Shown: piece by piece, positions 11,840 through 24,303 of the stretch | Layout of the letters: every line of letters begins with the position of its first letter | Position numbering within the stretch: the stretch's first letter is position 1 | Origin: Dendrobates tinctorius | Taxonomy: Eukaryota | Reading direction: 5' to 3' | NCBI RefSeq assembly: GCF_039654945.1 | Contig: NW_027361773.1 | Location: forward strand, 11,036,001-11,100,000 | DNA: 64,000 nucleotides | The notes under the pieces: generated by a model | The model's input: the letters and a program-made list of their open reading frames with translations, nothing else | Database searches by the model: none | What the model was told of the DNA's origin: nothing | Made by a program: the position numbers and the translations under genes

Positions 11840-14600
11840 CTAAATCATCCCAGTCAGATGTCTGTCCAGCCTCTGTTTGAAGACTTCCATTGAAGGAGAA
11901 CTCACCACTTCTCGTGGCAGCTTGTTCCACTCATTGATCACTCTAACTGTCAAAAAGTTTTTTCTAACATCTAATCTGTGTCTCCTCCCATTCAGTTTCA
12001 TCCCATTGCTTCTAGTCTTTCCTTGTGCAAATGAGAATAAAGTTGATCCTTCTACAATGTGACAGCCCTTTAGATATTTGTAGACAGCTATTAAGTCTCC
12101 TCTCAGTCTTCTCTTTTGCAAACTAAACATTCCCAAATCCTGCAACCTTTCCTCATAAGACAGGGTTTGCAGACCGGTCACCATTCTGGTCGCTCTTTTC
12201 TGAACTTGCTCCAGTTTGTTGATGTCTTTTTTAAAATGTGGTACCCAAAACTGGACACAATATTCCAGATGAGGTCTGACCAAAGAGGAGTAGAGGGAAA
12301 TAATGACTTCACGTGATCTAGACTGTATGCTTCTGTTAATACATCCTAGAATTGCATTTGCCTTTTTTGCTGCTGCATCATACTGTTGACTCATATTCAG
12401 TCTGTGATCTATTAGTATACCCAAGTCTTTTTCACATGTGCTGTTGCTTAGCCCTATTCCTCCCATTCTGTATATGCTTTTTTCATTTTTATTGCCCAGA
12501 TGTAGGATGTAGTACTTTGCATTTTTCCCTGTTAAAAACCATTCTGTTAGTTGCTGCCCACTTCTCCAGTTTATTTATATCTTTTTGAATCCTCTCTCTC
12601 TCTCTTCTCTAGTATTAGCTATCCCTCCTAGCTTTGTGTCATCAGCAAATTTAATCAGTTTACCCTCAATTCCTTCATCTAAATCATTGATAAAGATGTT
12701 GAACAATACAGGGCCCAGGACAGAGCCCTGTGGTACCCCACTTGAGACATTCTTCCAACTGGATGAGCAACCATTTACGACCACTCTTTGGGTCCGATCA
12801 CTAAGCCAGTTATGAATCCACCTAATAGTTGCCTTGTCCATTCCATACTTAGTCATTTTTTCAATAAGGATTGTATGAGATACTTTGTCAAATGCTTTGC
12901 TGAAGTCAAGATATACTATATCTACAGCATTTCCTTGATCCACCCAATCAGTGATTCCATCATAGAAGGAAATTAAGTTAGTCTGACATGACTTATTAGT
13001 TACAAACCCATGCTGACTCTGTTTAATCACTTCATTCTTATCCAGGTACTGACATACATGTTGTTTAATAATTTGTTCAAAGATCTTTCCTGGTATAGAA
13101 GTCAGACTCACCGGCCTATAGTTGCCTGGGTCCACCTTCTTCCCCTTTTTGAAGATAGGAACAACATTTGCTCTTCTCCAGTCTTCTGGGACTTCTGTTC
13201 TCCAAGAATTTTCAAAGATTATGGAGAGGGGTTCAAAAATTTCTTCTGCTATCTCCTTCAGTACTCTGGGGTCTAATTCATCTGGACCTGGAGACTTGAA
13301 TTCATTTAGGGTAGCTAAGTGTTTCCTCACTATCTGTTTATAGATATCCTGGATTCTTCTATTCCCTTAATAGGACAGTGAAGAACAGTTGATGTTACAT
13401 TTCCTTTCTGAGAGAAAACAGATGCAAAATAGGAATTTAAAAGTTCGGCCTTCTCAACATCCTGTCTTACCATTTTATTATTTTCATCCTGTAAAAATCC
13501 TATAGCATCTTTGACTTTTCTTTTACTTTTGACATATCCCCAAAATCCTTTATTATTGCTTTTGACATCTCTTGCAAGCCTCAATTCATTTTCAGCTTTA
13601 GCTAATCTGATTTGTGCCCTGCAGGTTCTGCAGACAGCATTATATTCTTCTTTAGATATGCCTCCCTCTTTCCATTTTATAAACATTTTTTCTTCCTTTT
13701 TAGCATGTGCGTAAGTTCTGTGTTCATCCATCCTGGTTTCCTTAAATGCTTCATATTCTTCCCTCTTTTGGAATTGTTAACAATTGTGCTTTGAGAATGT
13801 CATTTTTCAAGATTTCCCATCCTTCCTGAACATTTTTGTCTTTAAGGATATCCAGCCATTGGATCCCTCCAATTCTCTTTCTGAATACCTTAAAATCTGC
13901 CTTTCTGAAATCTAACCTTGACGTCTGAGTCTTCACAGGTCTTCCTCCTTTAGTTATCCAAAATTCTAAAATAGCATGGTCGCTACCTCCTAGGGTCCCA
14001 GCCACTTTTACCTCCTCAACCATTTCCTCCCTGTTTATAAGGATTAGATCCAAGGTAGCAGTTCCCCTTGTTTTCTCACCTACCTTTTGGAAGATAAAGT
14101 TGTCAGCAAGAGAGGATAAGAATTTCCTTGACCTGTTAGTTTTGCCTGAGAGAGATTCCCAACAAATGTCTGGATAGTTGAAATCTCCCATGACAACTAT
14201 GTCATATTTTTTGGAGAACTTGGCCATTTGATGCATAAAGAGTTCATCCATATCTTCAGCTTGCACAGGCGGCCTGTAGTAAATGCCTACAATGGTGTCC
14301 TTTCCATTGTTCTGTCCTTGTATTCTTACCCAAACAGTTTCCACAGAACTCCCAGTCTCTGAAGCTTCAATCTCTGTGCAGATATACGCGTTTCTAACAT
14401 ACAATGCGACACCTCCTCCTCGTTTATCAAGTCTGTTAAGTTGTATCCTTCTAGTCTTGTATTCCAATCATGTGTATTGTCCCACCAAGTTTGTGATTCC
14501 AATGACATCATATTTCTTTTCCTGTGTCAGTAGTTCCAATTCTCCTTGTTTGTTGCCCATGCTTTGTGCATTAGTATAGAAACATTTTAGTTTGTGATTG
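11840..14600 (-). pseudogene. CR1 ORF2 (endonuclease plus RT), several frameshifts
   Basis: [46 protein letters not shown] and RPHLEYCVQFW spread over five ORFs. Confidence 0.93.
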
Positions 14601-14740
14601 GTTTCTCTTTCTCCAATATTTTTATTATTTAGATTCTTTTGTCTTTGTTCTTCCTTTCCACTTCTAATACACAGAGTTCTCAATAGCATTTGTCAGATGT
14701 ATGGCTTTTTCTGGTCTTTTGCTTCCCTTCCCATGTTGTT

Positions 14741-15769
14741 CTAGTTTAAAGCTCTCCTTACAAGTGTAGCAAGACGACTTCCAAATACATGTTTTCCAGT
14801 CTTCGTAAGGTGCACCCCATCTCTAGCAAGTAGTCCATCGTAAAGGTAATTCACTCCGTGATCCATAAATCCAAATAGTTGCTGACGGCACCATCGACGG
14901 AGCCAGTTGTTCACCTGCAGAATCTTATTCCACCTCCTTGTTCCATGGCCATCCACTGGGAGGATGGAAGAGAAGACCACCTGCGCTCCCAGTTCTTTCA
15001 CTTTCTTGCCTAAGTCTTCAAAGTCTCTGCAGAAGGTTTCCAGGTCATTTCTTGCAGTGTCATTTGTCCCCACATGTAGTAGCAGGAATGGGTAGTCATC
15101 TGTAGGTCTGAAGAGTCCTGATATCCTGTCAGACACCTCTTTAATTTTTGCACCTGGAAGACAGCACATTTCTCTTGAAGTTATATCCGGTCTGCAGATA
15201 GCGGCCTCTGTTCCTCTCAACAGGGAATCCCCCATGACCACCACTCTCCGTTTCTTCTTCACAACATTTTTCTTTCTCCATCCAGGAGGACTCTGAAGGC
15301 GTACAAGATTGCTGTTTGTTGGCAAAGTCTTATCCTGATGTATTTCTTCATAGTTTTCCTGCGTGAGAGCCTGGTACTGGTTCCTGAGCAGTATGGGTGC
15401 TGACTGCCTCCTGATCCTCCTGCTTCTCTGGGTCACATGTCTCCATTCCTCTGTTTCTTCAGGTGCACTTCGAATTTCTTCTCTTTCTGTAACATGAAGA
15501 GATAATTCTGCTCTGTCCAAGAAGTCTTCACCTACCTTAATGATGTTCAGCGTAGCTAACCTCTCTTCGAGATTTTGCAACTTTTCCTCCAACATGGACA
15601 CAAGCTTGCATTTGTGGCATGTGAAGTTTGGCTTTTCCACTGGTAAGTCTGTGAACATGTAGCAAGAAATGCAGCTCACCAAATGGCTCCTGGTCTCTTC
15701 CATATTGAGATTTCTTAAAAACGATGAAAGATGAGCCAAAATTTTCCGATTTCCTCTTTTCAGCTGCAA
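14741..15769 (-). CDS. CR1 ORF1 (zinc finger, coiled coil, SGNH esterase-like domain), uninterrupted
   Basis: CISC...CHKC; VVMGDSLL, HVGTND and DGVHL motifs. Confidence 0.88.
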   Translation of the reverse strand: MQLKRGNRKILAHLSSFLRNLNMEETRSHLVSCISCYMFTDLPVEKPNFTCHKCKLVSMLEEKLQNLEERLATLNIIKVGEDFLDRAELSLHVTEREEIRSAPEETEEWRHVTQRSRRIRRQSAPILLRNQYQALTQENYEEIHQDKTLPTNSNLVRLQSPPGWRKKNVVKKKRRVVVMGDSLLRGTEAAICRPDITSREMCCLPGAKIKEVSDRISGLFRPTDDYPFLLLHVGTNDTARNDLETFCRDFEDLGKKVKELGAQVVFSSILPVDGHGTRRWNKILQVNNWLRRWCRQQLFGFMDHGVNYLYDGLLARDGVHLTKTGKHVFGSRLATLVRRALN

Positions 15770-15998
15770 CGGCCAAAACCCAGTGATCGTTGAGCTCGCG
15801 GAGAATCTTCACTTATCCCAGAAGGCACTGGGAATATGCAAATGATCTCCTCAAGACTCTTCCCCTGGTTTTCCGATTTCCTCTTTTCAGCTGCAACGGC
15901 CAAAACCAAGTGATCGTTGAGCTCGCGGAGACTCTTCACTTATCCCAGAAGGCACTGGGAATATGCAAATGATCTCCTCAAGACTCTTCCCCTGGTTT
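15742..15998. repeat. 127-bp tandem duplication at the CR1 5' end
   Basis: Two near-identical units, each with CAGCTG and ATGCAAAT. Confidence 0.92.
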
Positions 15999-16890
15999 TG
16001 CTCATGATACTACCTTTATCATGACTTCCGCTCTGACCAGACACCTACTGTGGAAACTGCCCTAACAGGCAAATGAGACAGACCTGGCCAGCGTTGTCCT
16101 AGGAGGTGGATCCAAACATTGCTAGCATTATGTAACCCAGCTATCAAGGGCTGTAGGCAAAAACGGATGAGGTGGGGACAGAGATAACATAAGGGGTGAA
16201 ACAAAGTACTGAACTAGTCGCCTCAAAAGGAGGCTTCAATAGCCACTGAATGCGTCTAAGTGACACACTACTAGGGGCAATGCCACAGCAAGGGCAGAGA
16301 ATCTGGGGGACCCACTGGCAAAATAGTCAGACTGTCAAGTGGATATGGTGTGACATGAATTTAGGACTCAGGAAGCGTCAATCCCAGTGTATCTGAGCTA
16401 AAACACACAAAAAAAAAGAGAAGGTTAGTACCTACCCTTTCAGGGCTAAGACTGGTCAGACTCAGACCCATGTCTGCCTACAACTGACATGAAGCTAAAC
16501 AGAATAACTGGGTGTCTTACTGCTTTTGCACTAACTGGATAACTGGGTGTCAGCTGCCCATGTGTAGTCTGGTGGGGAGGAGTGAGCTTTTTTCCTAAGA
16601 TGTATCCTTAATGTCAGCCTCCAGGTGACAAACATACTATTGAAGAGAAATAGCGCAATAGTGCATTATCCAGTCTATATATAACAATTTGCAAGTGATA
16701 CACTCACCAAATGGAGTTTGTAACAAGCATGGAGGATTCGCTGCTGCAGAACCACAGATCCACGAGGGACCGGGGTAGTAGATACAGGATAGGAAAACTT
16801 TGGTCAGACAATCCGCGCTGCGAATCACTAGATAAAGGATTATTAATACAGTGGTATTTATTCGACGCATTTCAGAGTTTCACAGAACTC

Positions 16891-18686
16891 AACATCACTG
16901 AAGGAGAGCTTACTCATCTCCTTTCCAAATCACGCCTCACCACCTGTGTACTTGACCCCATCCCTTCCCACCTGCTCCCCAACCTCACTAACATGATCAT
17001 TCCAGCCCTAACCCATCTCTTCAACCTATCCCTAACTTCTGGTACCTTCCCCTCTGCCTTCAAACATGCCACCATAACACCCATCCTCAAAAAATCAAAC
17101 CTTGACCCAACTGCTATGCCCAGCTATTGCCCCATATAACTGCTCCCGTTTGCTTCCAAACTCCTTGAACAGCATGTCCATGCTCAACTTTCCTCCCATC
17201 TCTCATCTAACTCCCTCCTTGACATCCTGCAATCTGGCTTCCGCCCCCACCACTCCACTGAAATTTCCCTAACCAAAATTACTAATGACTTACTCACAGC
17301 CAAAGCTAACAGACAATTCTCCATCCTCCTCCTTCTTGACCTGTCCTCTGCCTATGACACAGTTGACCACTGCCTACTGCTACAGATTCTTTCTTCCCTT
17401 GGCATCAAAGACCTTGCCCTTTCCTGGATTTCCTCATACCTTTCTGACCGCACATTCAGCGTCTCCCACTCCCACACTACCTCCTCATCCCGCCCCCTCT
17501 CTGTTGGAGTCCCCCAAGGCTCTGTCCTGGGGCCCCTACTTATTTCCATCTATACTCTTGGCCTAGGACAACTCAAAGTCCCATGACTTCCAGTACCACC
17601 TGTATGCAGAAGACACTCTTATCTACCTCTCTAGCCCAGATGTCACCTCTCTGCTGTCCAGAATCCCAGAGTGTCTATCAGCCATATCCTCCTTTTTCAC
17701 CTCTCGCTTCCTAAAACTCAACGTAGACAAAACTGAACTCATTATCTTTCCTCCATCTCACGTATCTTCCCTACCCGATCTATCTATTATGGTAAATGGC
17801 ATCATGCTCAATCCTGCACCTAAAATCCGCTGCCTTGGAGTAACTCTCGACTCTACCCTGTCCTTCAACCCGCCTCCAATCTCTTGCCACCTCCTGTCAC
17901 CTCCAACTCAAAAATATTTCCAGAATCCGTCCCTTCCTCAGTCCTCAATGTACTAAAACTCTCCCGCCTTGACTACTGCAACACCCTCCTCTGTGGCCTC
18001 CCTGCTAACTCTCTTGCACCACTCCAGTCTGTCCTCAATTCTGCTGCCCGACTAATCCACCTCTCTCCTTGCTACTCCCCTGTCTCTCCCCTCTGCAAAT
18101 CCCTCCATTGGCTCCCAATTCCCCAACGAATCCAGTTCAAACTACTAACACTGACCTACAAAGCCATCCACAACCTTTCCCCTCCCTATATCTCTGAACT
18201 AATCTCCCAATATCTTCCCTCACTTACTCTTCGATCCTCCCAAGACCTCCTGCTCTCCTCCACACTTATTCGTTCCTCACACCACCGCCTCCAAGATTTC
18301 TCCCGAATATCCCCTATCCTCTGGAATGCCATGCCTTAACACGTCCGATTATCCACCACCCTCGGATCCTTCAAACGGAACCTGAAAACCCATCTTTTCA
18401 GGAAAGCTTACAGACTGCAATAACCATTCTGCTGCCTCACCACCGCCCAAGCTGCCGCCTCATCACCACCAGAGCTTGCTGCACCCCCAACCTTCTGTCT
18501 TTTCCCCACTATCCCGTAGAATGTAAGTCCGCAAGGACAGGGTCCTCTCCCCTCTGTACCAGTTTGTCATTGTAAATTTGTTGTAGAAACTTGTTTACTG
18601 TTAACGATATCTATAACTTTGTATGTAACCCCCTTCTCATGTACAGCACCATGGAATTAATGGCGCTATATAAATAAATAATAATA
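16891..18686 (+). mobile_element. L2 LINE, 5'-truncated
   Basis: RT remnants ([22 protein letters not shown]); 3' tail ggcgctatataaataaataataataa. Confidence 0.93.
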
Positions 18687-18712
18687 ACTCCTTCCTTTCA
18701 TGATACTTGTAT

Positions 18713-18772
18713 GTGGTTTTTTCCTGAGGAAGGAGTTCTGTGAAACTCTGAAACGGGTCGAATGAAGACCAC
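18713..18772 (+). ncRNA. Minimal type I hammerhead ribozyme motif (Penelope-type)
   Basis: CTGAGGA, stem II (GAGTT/AACTC), GAAAC-GG-GTC; stem I gtggtt..ttc / gaa..gaccac. Confidence 0.72.
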
Positions 18773-19239
18773 TGTATTAATAATCCTTTATCTAGTGATT
18801 CGTAGAGCGGGTTGTCTGACCACATTTTTCCTATCCTGTAGCCTCCAGGTGACAGCATATAAACCATGGTTCCTGTGTCCACTATAAAGCAACCAAGAAA
18901 TAAGATGTTCTTGGAAAACATTTTCAAATATAAGCCTTATTGCATCTTTAGAAATATTAAATGGTGTTGAAACAATAAACACCACAAAAAAAACAAAAAA
19001 ACAACACAGCGGCACTCTATATAGGCCAAGATATATGCAAACACTGAAGACATTGAATCTAAACTGAGTTAATACTCAGTAAGATGTACTTACAAAAATC
19101 AAGGTCTTAGCGCATAAAGTCGACAATTCATGTGTGCCCATCAACCACGGCAAGGTGACCTCCTTCTGATGTTCTACTGTACATACCTCTTTTGAGCTAT
19201 TAACCTACAGTTAATTGGACAAAACATGTCTCTCCCGGG

Positions 19240-19771
19240 CCATGAGCCAAAAATTAAGAGACCACCACATCAAAACCCTGTCATGGGCAGCCCAATCTTG
19301 AGACCTGAACCCCATTGGAAACCTCTGGAATGTAATCAAGAGGATGATGGATAGTCACAAGCCATCAACCAAAGAAGAACTGCTTACATTTTTGTGTCAG
19401 AAGCAGTGTGAAAGACTGGTGGCAAGCATGCCAAGACGCATGAAAGCTGTGATTAAAAATCATGGTTATTCCACAAAATATTGATTTCTGAACTATTCCA
19501 GATTTAAAACATTAGTATTGTTGTTTCTAAATGATTATGAACTTGTTTTCTTAGCATTATTTGAGGTCTGCAAGCACTGCATTTTTTGTTCTTTTGACCA
19601 TTTCTCATTTTCTGAAAATAAATACAAAATTTATTGCTTGGAAATTCAGAGACATGTCAGTAGTTTATAGAATAAAAGAGCAATTTACATTTTACTCAAA
19701 AAATATATCTATAGAGAAAAATCAGACAAACTGAAAATTTTGCAGTCGTCTCTTAATTTTTGCCAGAGCTG
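19240..19771 (+). mobile_element. Tc1 deletion derivative
   Basis: TIR aaaaattaagagac / gtctcttaatttttgccagagctg-ta; DLNPI-like remnant. Confidence 0.75.
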
Positions 19772-20228
19772 TATATATACATATGTATAAACACATATAT
19801 ACACATACACACACATTTTATATATGCAGTATATACTCATACACACGCTTCTACCCATTGCAATGTTAAAAATGAACAACTGATGTCTGAGTGTGAACTT
19901 AAAGGGCTTCAAAGATGGATTATTTATACACAATTACACCCTGATTAACCCTTCGGTAGCCATTGTAGGTGCTGGAATACTGAGGACTGTGAATAAGTCC
20001 TTCTCTTCAGGGACTTGCATCTTTTTCTCAGCTGTAGCCAGGAAGAGAGCAGAGTTAAGACTTGGCAGAAAGACTGAAGAGCAATTCATCTTGCACATCA
20101 CATCGCCTCCTGTTTCAGTACTGGGACATAATATGTCCCACCAATTAAAGATTTTAACAGGAAATGTATTATCTATGGAATTGAAGAGCGAGTTTTGGAA
20201 TGACATATGTGAGTAATTAATCGCTTAC

Positions 20229-20360
20229 GTAAGTGATTGGCGGCCTCCTCATAGTCAGGATAGTCTGTTCAGGAATGGAATTCCTACAATGAGACAAAGC
20301 GCACTGCACTGGGCCGTCTTTCAGCATCAGACTCGACAGCTCTGCTTTTAGGGAATACTC
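20229..20360 (-). CDS. FBH1: FBH1 penultimate coding exon (EYSLKAEL...CALSHC...PITY), 132 nt
   Basis: tag acceptor, gtaagc donor, phase 0. Confidence 0.93.
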
Positions 20361-20533
20361 CTACAATAAGGAAATATGGAACAGGTCAGCAATCCTTTAT
20401 AGAAAAAATACCTAGCAAAAGATTAACGATATACTGCAAAATACTACAAAACATCTACATTAGTTGGTGAAAGCGGTCTTACTTTGCAGCATTTTTCTCT
20501 CACCTGGCTAAAACTGTTGTACAGTATTGTACA

Positions 20534-20950
20534 TACAATCATGGCTCAAAGCTAGAGGCTGACAACTTTAGGTTTTTTTTTTTTATCTGTTAGATGTTTC
20601 TATGTGTACTGAAGTTCAATTATAAGCATTTTATATGGTATCATAAGATTTTAATGACAAATATATCAAGCTTATTAAAAGCCTTAATATTTGCAGGGTT
20701 GATCCTTAATTTGCAAGACTCCTACAATCCGCCCTGGCAGCTAGATATCAGCATCTGGCCAAATCCCAACTGATGGGAACCCATTCATACCTAACCAGTG
20801 TTTGGAATTTATCACAATTTCTGTTATTGTTTGCCCACCGCTTTTTGACGATGGCCTACAGGTTCTCAATAGGATCGAGGTTCAGGGAGTTTCCTGGCCA
20901 TCGATTAAATATTTGCTGGAAAAAAGTTGTTCATGGAGGAGGTTTAAAAT
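20534..20950 (-). mobile_element. Old Tc1 remnant
   Basis: Minus strand near 20860-20900 reads WPGNSLNLDPIENL. Confidence 0.55.
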
Positions 20951-21350
20951 AGCATTTTTTATATTCAAGGCTGGATTCTTAATTTTTTAAAGACCTACCT
21001 ACATTTTTTAGTCATGGATTGCTAAGGAAAACAAGAGGCCAGTTCACCAGCTGAGCTGTCTTCATACCAGGGAGATGGTGGCTGTATTACACAGCTGGCA
21101 TCTGCCTGCAACTCCAGTGACCTAAGCTTGCTGTGATTGCTGCAGTGTAACCACTTAAAATGTTGCTGCTGACAATCTCTGACATTTAAATTACCGTATT
21201 GCCAATGTGCAACAACTTCCTTAGACCCCCGTGACTTTATCATGGGAATCTAATGGCACCCAAGGGCCTGCCGAGGGTCCTCATAACCCTCATCTTAGTA
21301 ATAATGGCTTCATAGGAGAACTACAATTTATCTATACTACGGTAATTCTT

Positions 21351-21580
21351 TATTATTCTTACTTATATAGTGCCATCATACTCCACAGATTTTGCCTTCC
21401 CTGTCCCCACTGGGGCTCACAATCTAAATTCCCTATCAGTATGTCTTTGAAGTGTGGAAGAAAACCGTAGAACCCAGAGGAAACCCACGCAAACATGGGG
21501 AGAACATACAAACTCCTTGCAGATGTTGTCCTTGGTGGGACTTGAACCCAGGACCCCAGCGTTGCAAAGCAACAGTGTTA
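21351..21580 (-). mobile_element. tRNA-derived SINE (V-SINE-like, L2-type tail), copy 1
   Basis: B-box GGTTCAAGTCC, core ttctccccatgtttgcgtgggtttcc, tail gcactatataagtaagaataata on the minus strand. Confidence 0.8.
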
Positions 21581-21732
21581 CCCTTAGGTATTCCAGTATG
21601 CAGTATAAGCTATTGAATGGTTGCAGGTTGGATAATTGTGGTACCAGGCCTGCCGAGGGTCCTCATAACCCTCATCTTAGTAATAATGGCTTCATAGGAG
21701 AACTACAATTTATCTATACTACGGTAATTCTT

Positions 21733-21962
21733 TATTATTCTTACTTATATAGTGCCATCATACTCCACAGATTTTGCCTTCCCTGTCCCCACTGGGGCTC
21801 ACAATCTAAATTCCCTATCAGTATGTCTTTGAAGTGTGGAAGAAAACCGTAGAACCCAGAGGAAACCCACGCAAACATGGGGAGAACATACAAACTCCTT
21901 GCAGATGTTGTCCTTGGTGGGACTTGAACCCAGGACCCCAGCGTTGCAAAGCAACAGTGTTA
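21733..21962 (-). mobile_element. tRNA-derived SINE, copy 2 (from the tandem duplication)
   Basis: Identical to copy 1. Confidence 0.8.
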
Positions 21963-22273
21963 CCCTTAGGTATTCCAGTATGCAGTATAAGCTATTGAAT
22001 GGTTGCAGGTTGGATAATTGTGGTACCAGGTCATTTTTACCACAATAAACTCCATAAAAACAAAACCCAAACAAAATGGCATATATTTTTCAATTCCATG
22101 TAGACTGTGAAAGGAGACCGCTGCTCCATGCAAATGAGGACACGTCACTTCTGTTCTGCTAATCGGTGGGAGTCTCATCAATTGAATCTCCACAGACCTA
22201 TTAGCCTAGTGCATAGAAGATAAGGGGAACTCCTGTAATAAGTACAGAAAACCTTTTCTTAAATCATACTCAC

Positions 22274-22380
22274 TCCTGCTAAGGTCAAAATATTCTCTAT
22301 AGACTTTGTTATTGTGAGGTGGTTCTTGGCACGAGTTACAGCCACGTAGAGCAAATTCCACTCATCTTCAGCTACCGTAC
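22274..22380 (-). CDS. FBH1: FBH1 exon with motif VI ([15 protein letters not shown]...ENILTLAG), 107 nt
   Basis: ttccag acceptor, gtgagt donor. Confidence 0.96.
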
Positions 22381-23563
22381 CTGGAAGAAAAGAGCACAGA
22401 AACAGCCCAATGACTAATGACACTCAGAAATAGGAGAACACTGCAACCACAGGACATCTGAGAAAACCACCCATTGCCCCTAGATACGAGGCAGAGACGG
22501 GCTCCTCTAGTCACATAGGAGACTGGTGCATACAGACTAATGAGGACAATTTTAAAGTATTGACATGGAGAACGTCAGATAAAGATAACATTACAAGAGC
22601 ACGCTCCACATTGGAAAATCCTGTATGTTTCCCACTTCAGGGAATCCGGAGTGAAAAAATCAGAAGCATGAAATCCATATTACGGCAGCATCACCACCGG
22701 AGAAATAAAACATAACAGAGTGGTTATTGAAATCCCTGGCGTGTCAGCGCAAGCTTGGTGTCCTCTTACAAGGCATTTAACAACCTCCCACTACCTCACG
22801 GTCTTTAACGTTACTTTCCGGTAAGAGGAGCGGGTGCTCCTCTCTCACAGAGCTTCTTCTCTGCTGCATGACAATAATGAGACTATTCTCTTAAAGAGGT
22901 CTTCTGCCACAATGCTACTGATGATCTATTCTTAGGATCTGCCACCAATTTCTGAAAGGTGTGGGTCTGGTGCCTCCAAGATCAGCTACTCTCTTTCTGG
23001 TAGTGGCCAGATGCAATAGTGAATGGAGTGGAACTCCACGGTTTCTTCTGAGTAGAAGCTAATCTGCAGTCTCAGGGAGCGGCCACTAAACAGTGTGAGA
23101 GCAGTAGGGTTCCATTCCTAGGGATACGTCATCTACATAGTAGTGAAAAATTCTACAGCTCTTTAAATTAAATGTAAATTTACAAAACAATTCTCAGGAG
23201 ATCTAAACTTCAGGGATAGGGCTACACAGCAACTTGTGGTCATGTAACATTAAAATAACAAATATTGTGCTGCCTAATGATAGTGAATGAAGTGCAGTGG
23301 AAATTCAGCAGGGTTGCACTTCTGCCGACTATCACATCACAATAACTTTCAAGTGTTATGTGTGTAACTACAAATCAATGTGTAGCCCCAGCCTAAAAGA
23401 AACCCATGTATGTAATGCAGCTGAATACAGTGTATTGTTCCTTGTAAGCTGCTATTTCAGGCTGGGAGAGGCTCTCTGTAGTGTTTATCTATGATGTTTG
23501 TGACCAGTGTGACCTAGAATGTCTGGACCTCAATGAAGTTATTAACAAATGTTTTACATTTTA

Positions 23564-23947
23564 GGCTATGTGCACACATGCGTATTCTGTTTAGGAATTT
23601 TCCACGCAAAATTGACTAAATCCGCAGGTCAAATGACCTGCATTTTTCCTGCAGATTTAGTGCTTTTTTAGTGCAGTTTTACTACATGTTTTGTGCAGTT
23701 TTCCTCTGCGGTTTTTCACCTGCGGATTTCTAGAATGGAGCAGGTGGAAAACTGCAGCAAAAGCGCACAAAAGAAGTGACATGCTGCTTTTTTCAATCCG
23801 CGCGGAAAAAAAAGCAGCATGTGCACAGCGGATTTTGTTTCACATAGGCTTTAATGCTACAGTACATGACATGCAGTTCTGCTGCGTATACGCAGGGCCA
23901 AATCCGCTGCGTATATGCAGCAGAATCCGCACCATGTGCACATAGGC
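23564..23947. mobile_element. Harbinger-type palindromic MITE
   Basis: tta-ggctatgtgcaca ... tgtgcacatagg. Confidence 0.75.
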
Positions 23948-23952
23948 TTGAA

Positions 23953-24115
23953 CAAGTGTTCCCCAACTCCAGTCTTCAAGAGCCACTGACAGGTCATGTT
24001 TTCAGGATTTCCTTAGTATTGCCAAGTGATGGAATTCTTGCCTGGACAATCCTAAGGAAATCTGGAAAACATGACCTGTTGGTGGCTCTTGAAAACTCGA
24101 GTTAGCGGAGCTCCG
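23953..24115. mobile_element. Short palindromic hAT MITE (family of 38847-39008)
   Basis: Shares ccaactccagtc..caag..cca..acag..catg..ttcaggatttcc with the 38847 copy. Confidence 0.75.
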
Positions 24116-24303
24116 CCTTAAACCCTTAAAACAGTGTTGTACATCCAAAAAAGCACAACACAAATTTGATCTGTCGTCATCAATTCGATTTCACATCTTA
24201 CGCACTCACTACTAAAAAGGAGCAAAGGGAGTACCAGGTAATAGTTGCAGAAAATCTCAGTATGTTCACATTCAAAGAGCCACGTGATGGGATTGTTACT
24301 CAC

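Larger units (their letters stand above)
11764..15998 (-). mobile_element. CR1 LINE, near full length, in the last FBH1 intron
   Basis: ORF1 plus frameshifted ORF2; 3' tail ...gattttatgattcta; duplicated 5' segment. Confidence 0.96.
16631..18839. mobile_element. Penelope-like fold-back insertion with inverted pLTR-like arms, interrupted by L2
   Basis: 15-bp direct repeat agcctccaggtgaca at 16616 and 18840; 16783-16890 is the reverse complement of 18733-18840. Confidence 0.75.
21265..22030. repeat. Apparently perfect 382-bp tandem duplication
   Basis: ggcctgccgagggtcc at 21265 and 21647; no mismatch seen between the units. Confidence 0.95.

Noticed and set aside
18900-19210. Possible additional Penelope-like fragment
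   Set aside because: No ORF, TSD or ribozyme core visible.
19893-20216. Overlapping 90-aa and 107-aa ORFs next to an FBH1 exon
   Set aside because: No recognisable domain; read-through from the exon stops after three codons.
21520-21580. tRNA gene
   Set aside because: Only a B-box-containing SINE head; no complete cloverleaf.
22891-23166. Old TTAA-flanked MITE candidates (also about 25792-26123 and 43217-43757)
   Set aside because: TIRs too degraded to delimit or classify with confidence.
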